Positions 29,813 to 32,000 of a stretch of DNA of 32,000 nt are shown in pieces. The number at the start of each line of letters is the position of its first letter. Within the stretch, counting starts at the first letter, position 1. The position numbers were made by a program, and so were the translations under genes. Below the pieces are notes generated by a model that made no database searches, was not told the origin of the DNA, and worked only from the letters and a program-made list of their open reading frames with translations. Source of the stretch: Methanothermobacter thermautotrophicus str. Delta H (lineage in GTDB: Archaea > Methanobacteriota > Methanobacteria > Methanobacteriales > Methanothermobacteraceae); assembly GCF_000008645.1 (NCBI RefSeq), contig NC_000916.1:390001-422000 (forward strand), given 5' to 3'.

Positions 29813-30694
29813 TTAGCTTTTTGGTTCCTCCCCTCCGAAGAGGGCTGTGAAGAGTGGCTGCCCGTATTCAGCCTTCCCGTACCCGGCTATGAGGTTCTGG
29901 CATTCTTCGCTCATGAGGAACTCAACGAACTTCTCTGCGGCGTCGGTGTTCACGCCCTTCACCCTTGCAGGGTTGATGGTTACTGCTGAGTATACATTGA
30001 GCAGTGATTTATCCTCTGTCAGGTAGGCCACGAGGGTTGTTCTGTTCCTGTAGGCGAGGTATGTCCCTGAATCTGTGAGTGCGTAGGCCTTCTTCTCGTT
30101 TGCAACCCTCAGGGTGTCCGCCATTCCGCTTCCGGTCTCAATGTACCATGCTGATCCGTTGACGGTGCTGTTGTAGTCTGTTACGTTCTTCCATATCTTT
30201 ATCTCCCTTGAGTTTGTGCCTGAGTTATCGCCCCTTGATACGAACTTGACCTTCTCAGGGTTCTTCTCTGCTCCTTCAAGTATCTTTCTGAAGGCATCCT
30301 TCCCTGTTTTCGCATCTTTAATACCTGCGGGGTCATCAGCAGGTCCCACGATGTAGAAGTAGTTGTAGGCGAAGGGGTATCTCTTCACACCGTATCCATC
30401 CTTTATGAATTCCTCTTCCCTCTTCTTATCGTGGACTATCAGGAGGTCTGCATCACCCCTCTTTCCGCGTTCAAGGGCTATCCCGGTTCCACCTGAAACT
30501 ATCTGCACATCTATGTTGGGGTATTTCCGCTCGAAGGCTGCCTCAACATCCTCAAGGAGGCCGGTGTCCTCCAGGCTTGTTGTGGTGGATATTCTGAGTA
30601 TTTCTCTATCTCCATTGCCTGAGATTGCGTAAAATGCTATTGCTATGATGATGACAGCTGCAATGGCTGCCAGTGCAATGTATTTCCTGTCCAT
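29813..30694 (-). CDS. tupA: Periplasmic-type substrate-binding protein, TupA-like tungstate binding protein with an N-terminal membrane anchor
   Basis: ISTTTSLEDTGLLEDV, ...GGTGIALERGKRGDADLLIVH and ...SRGDNSGTNSRE match the TTTS / GTG / DxSGT pattern I associate with TupA. An SD GGAGGT lies upstream. Confidence 0.65.
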   Translation of the reverse strand: MDRKYIALAAIAAVIIIAIAFYAISGNGDREILRISTTTSLEDTGLLEDVEAAFERKYPNIDVQIVSGGTGIALERGKRGDADLLIVHDKKREEEFIKDGYGVKRYPFAYNYFYIVGPADDPAGIKDAKTGKDAFRKILEGAEKNPEKVKFVSRGDNSGTNSREIKIWKNVTDYNSTVNGSAWYIETGSGMADTLRVANEKKAYALTDSGTYLAYRNRTTLVAYLTEDKSLLNVYSAVTINPARVKGVNTDAAEKFVEFLMSEECQNLIAGYGKAEYGQPLFTALFGGEEPKS

Positions 30695-30830
30695 GGTCTT
30701 TAACCTCCATTAACTCAGAACACCTATATCGACATGGACATATATACATATCGGTTCTGTGAAGGAATGAGAACATGGGATCGTCCTGAAAGATAAAGAA
30801 GGACTACTCTGAGGGAGTTATTCCCAGAAC

Positions 30831-31103
30831 CTACTTCTTGTACTTCTTCTCAAACCTTCTCCAGGACTTTGCAATGTATGGTTCACACCTGTCAAGCTCG
30901 GTCAGGAGACACGCCCGTATTGTATCGCTCTTTATCTCCTCTTCAACCTCTATCTTCTTTTTAACGGTCTCGTAGACCCTCTCGATGATCTCCCTCTTCT
31001 CCTCAGGACTGTAACCGGCATCAATGGCTGCCTTCTCCAGTGATGCCCTTATCTTGGATGGTTCATAGGGCTCCCTGAAACCCCTCCTCTTTATAACATT
31101 CAT
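30831..31103 (-). CDS. Stand-alone ATP-cone domain protein
   Basis: MNVIKRRGFREPYEPSKIRASLEKA is the ATP-cone N-terminal signature. The start at 31103 follows GGTGAT. The ORF-track start at 31151 has no RBS. Confidence 0.65.
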   Translation of the reverse strand: MNVIKRRGFREPYEPSKIRASLEKAAIDAGYSPEEKREIIERVYETVKKKIEVEEEIKSDTIRACLLTELDRCEPYIAKSWRRFEKKYKK

Positions 31104-31194
31104 GTTATCACCATTCCATATATCTCTCTCCCCAATAATGTATTTTTTCACTGAACATCAGATTCATGGACAAACTGATAAAGATATCCGGAAG

Positions 31195-32000
31195 ATGCAA
31201 CATATGATAATGTTGATGACCCGATGGAAGAATATATCAGAGATAAGAACGGAGGAGGTTCCTGATGAACTCGAAACATCCGTTAACGGCCTGAAAGAGG
31301 CTGAGATCAGAAAGAGGCTGAATATTCACGGTCCCAATGAGATCCTCTTTAAAAGGCCGATGGCTCTATTAAGATTTCTTAAGCAGTTTCAGAGCCTCCT
31401 AGTCTACGTCCTTCTTATGGTGGCGATATTCACAGCGGTTATAGGTGAATGGATTGACACCGTGGTAATAGCCAGAGTCGTGATCCTGAATTCCACAGTA
31501 GGATTCATACAGGAGGGAAAGGCCTCTGAAGCCATAGAGGCCCTCCAGAAGTTCACCTGGTCAGAATCCGCTGTAATCAGGGATGGTGAGAAGATCAGAA
31601 TCCCCTCAAGGCTCCTCGTACCCGGTGACATAATAATAACTGGTGGTGGAGAGCGATCTCCGGCCGATATAAGGATACTGGAATCAAAGAACCTCCTTGT
31701 GGACGAGTCAGCCCTCACAGAAGAATCAGTGCCTGTTGAAAAGGACTCTGATCCCCTCACCGATGAGGATATTGAGAGGGGTGAGTTCAGGAACATCCTC
31801 TTCAGCGGTACCCTCATAATGAAGGAGAGGGGCATGGGCGCTGTAATCTCAACAGGCCCGGAAACAGAGCCTGGAAGGATAGCAGAAACTGTACAGAAGG
31901 TTGAAGTCAAAACCCCTCTTCTTAAAAAAATTGACGAATTTTCACGCACCATAACCATTACAGTAATTATCCTTGCGACCCTTAACTTCACTGCAGCACT
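31195..32000 (+). CDS. P-type cation-transporting ATPase (type II-like), 5' part; continues beyond the window
   Basis: It is not in the ORF track because it has no stop in the window. My translation of frame 1 gives ...GLKEAEIRKRLNIHGPNEI...LVPGDIIITGGGERSPADIRILES...LLVDESALTEESVPVEK..., the N-terminal cation-ATPase and actuator domain motifs. The start is uncertain among ATGs at 31195, 31204, 31210 and 31216. The listed antisense ORF 31404..31991 is a shadow. Confidence 0.8.
   Translation, partial: MQHMIMLMTRWKNISEIRTEEVPDELETSVNGLKEAEIRKRLNIHGPNEILFKRPMALLRFLKQFQSLLVYVLLMVAIFTAVIGEWIDTVVIARVVILNSTVGFIQEGKASEAIEALQKFTWSESAVIRDGEKIRIPSRLLVPGDIIITGGGERSPADIRILESKNLLVDESALTEESVPVEKDSDPLTDEDIERGEFRNILFSGTLIMKERGMGAVISTGPETEPGRIAETVQKVEVKTPLLKKIDEFSRTITITVIILATLNFTAA

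Noticed and set aside
1-32000. CRISPR arrays, rRNA or tRNA genes, and transposase or integrase genes.
   Set aside because: I could see no regularly spaced repeats, no rRNA/tRNA-like sequence and no recombinase-like ORF in any frame.

Overview
The window looks like chromosome from a thermophilic methanogenic archaeon. Gene content, GGAGGTG/GGTGAT ribosome-binding sites and AT-rich TATA-type promoters resemble Methanothermobacter, but this is inference from memory, not a database result.

Layout:
- 1-6973: a chelatase-type operon. A ChlD-like VWA protein is followed by a complete ECF transporter (S component, CbiQ/EcfT, fused double ATPase) and a CobN-like large chelatase subunit broken by two frameshifts.
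- 7168-10764: one 3.6-kb hybrid sensor kinase frame (REC, PAS repeats, HisKA_2, HATPase) interrupted by exactly two in-frame TAG codons.
- 10766-12007 (minus strand): a PEP-utilizing enzyme that lacks the ATP-grasp domain.
- About 12008-18144: a visibly AT-richer accessory island. It holds an A-free G/T-only block with helically phased T-tracts, an orphan Csx16-like gene, a hyper-acidic 265-aa protein, a HepT/MntA toxin-antitoxin pair, a DUF368 membrane protein, a membrane-anchored zinc-ribbon NERD protein and an unannotated 53-aa RHH gene. The RHH gene is surrounded by six copies of TTATGTAA and about 1.2 kb of non-coding DNA.
- 18145-24444: a second PAS/HisKA_2 kinase, DUF169, a zinc-ribbon protein, DUF1232 and a UvrD-type helicase fused to a Cas4-like Fe-S nuclease.
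- 24585-27968: a ZIP metal transporter, a frameshifted DPS-like ferritin, a cytochrome-b5-like protein and a rubredoxin-TPP enzyme fusion that appears to lack the GDG part of the TPP motif.
- 27991-32000: a TupABC-type tungstate ABC transporter, an ATP-cone protein and the 5' part of a P-type ATPase.

No rRNA, tRNA or CRISPR array was found.

The most interesting candidates are the Csx16-like/acidic-protein module, the RHH-NERD locus with its iterated motif, the G/T block, and the unusual number of gene lesions in four otherwise conserved genes.
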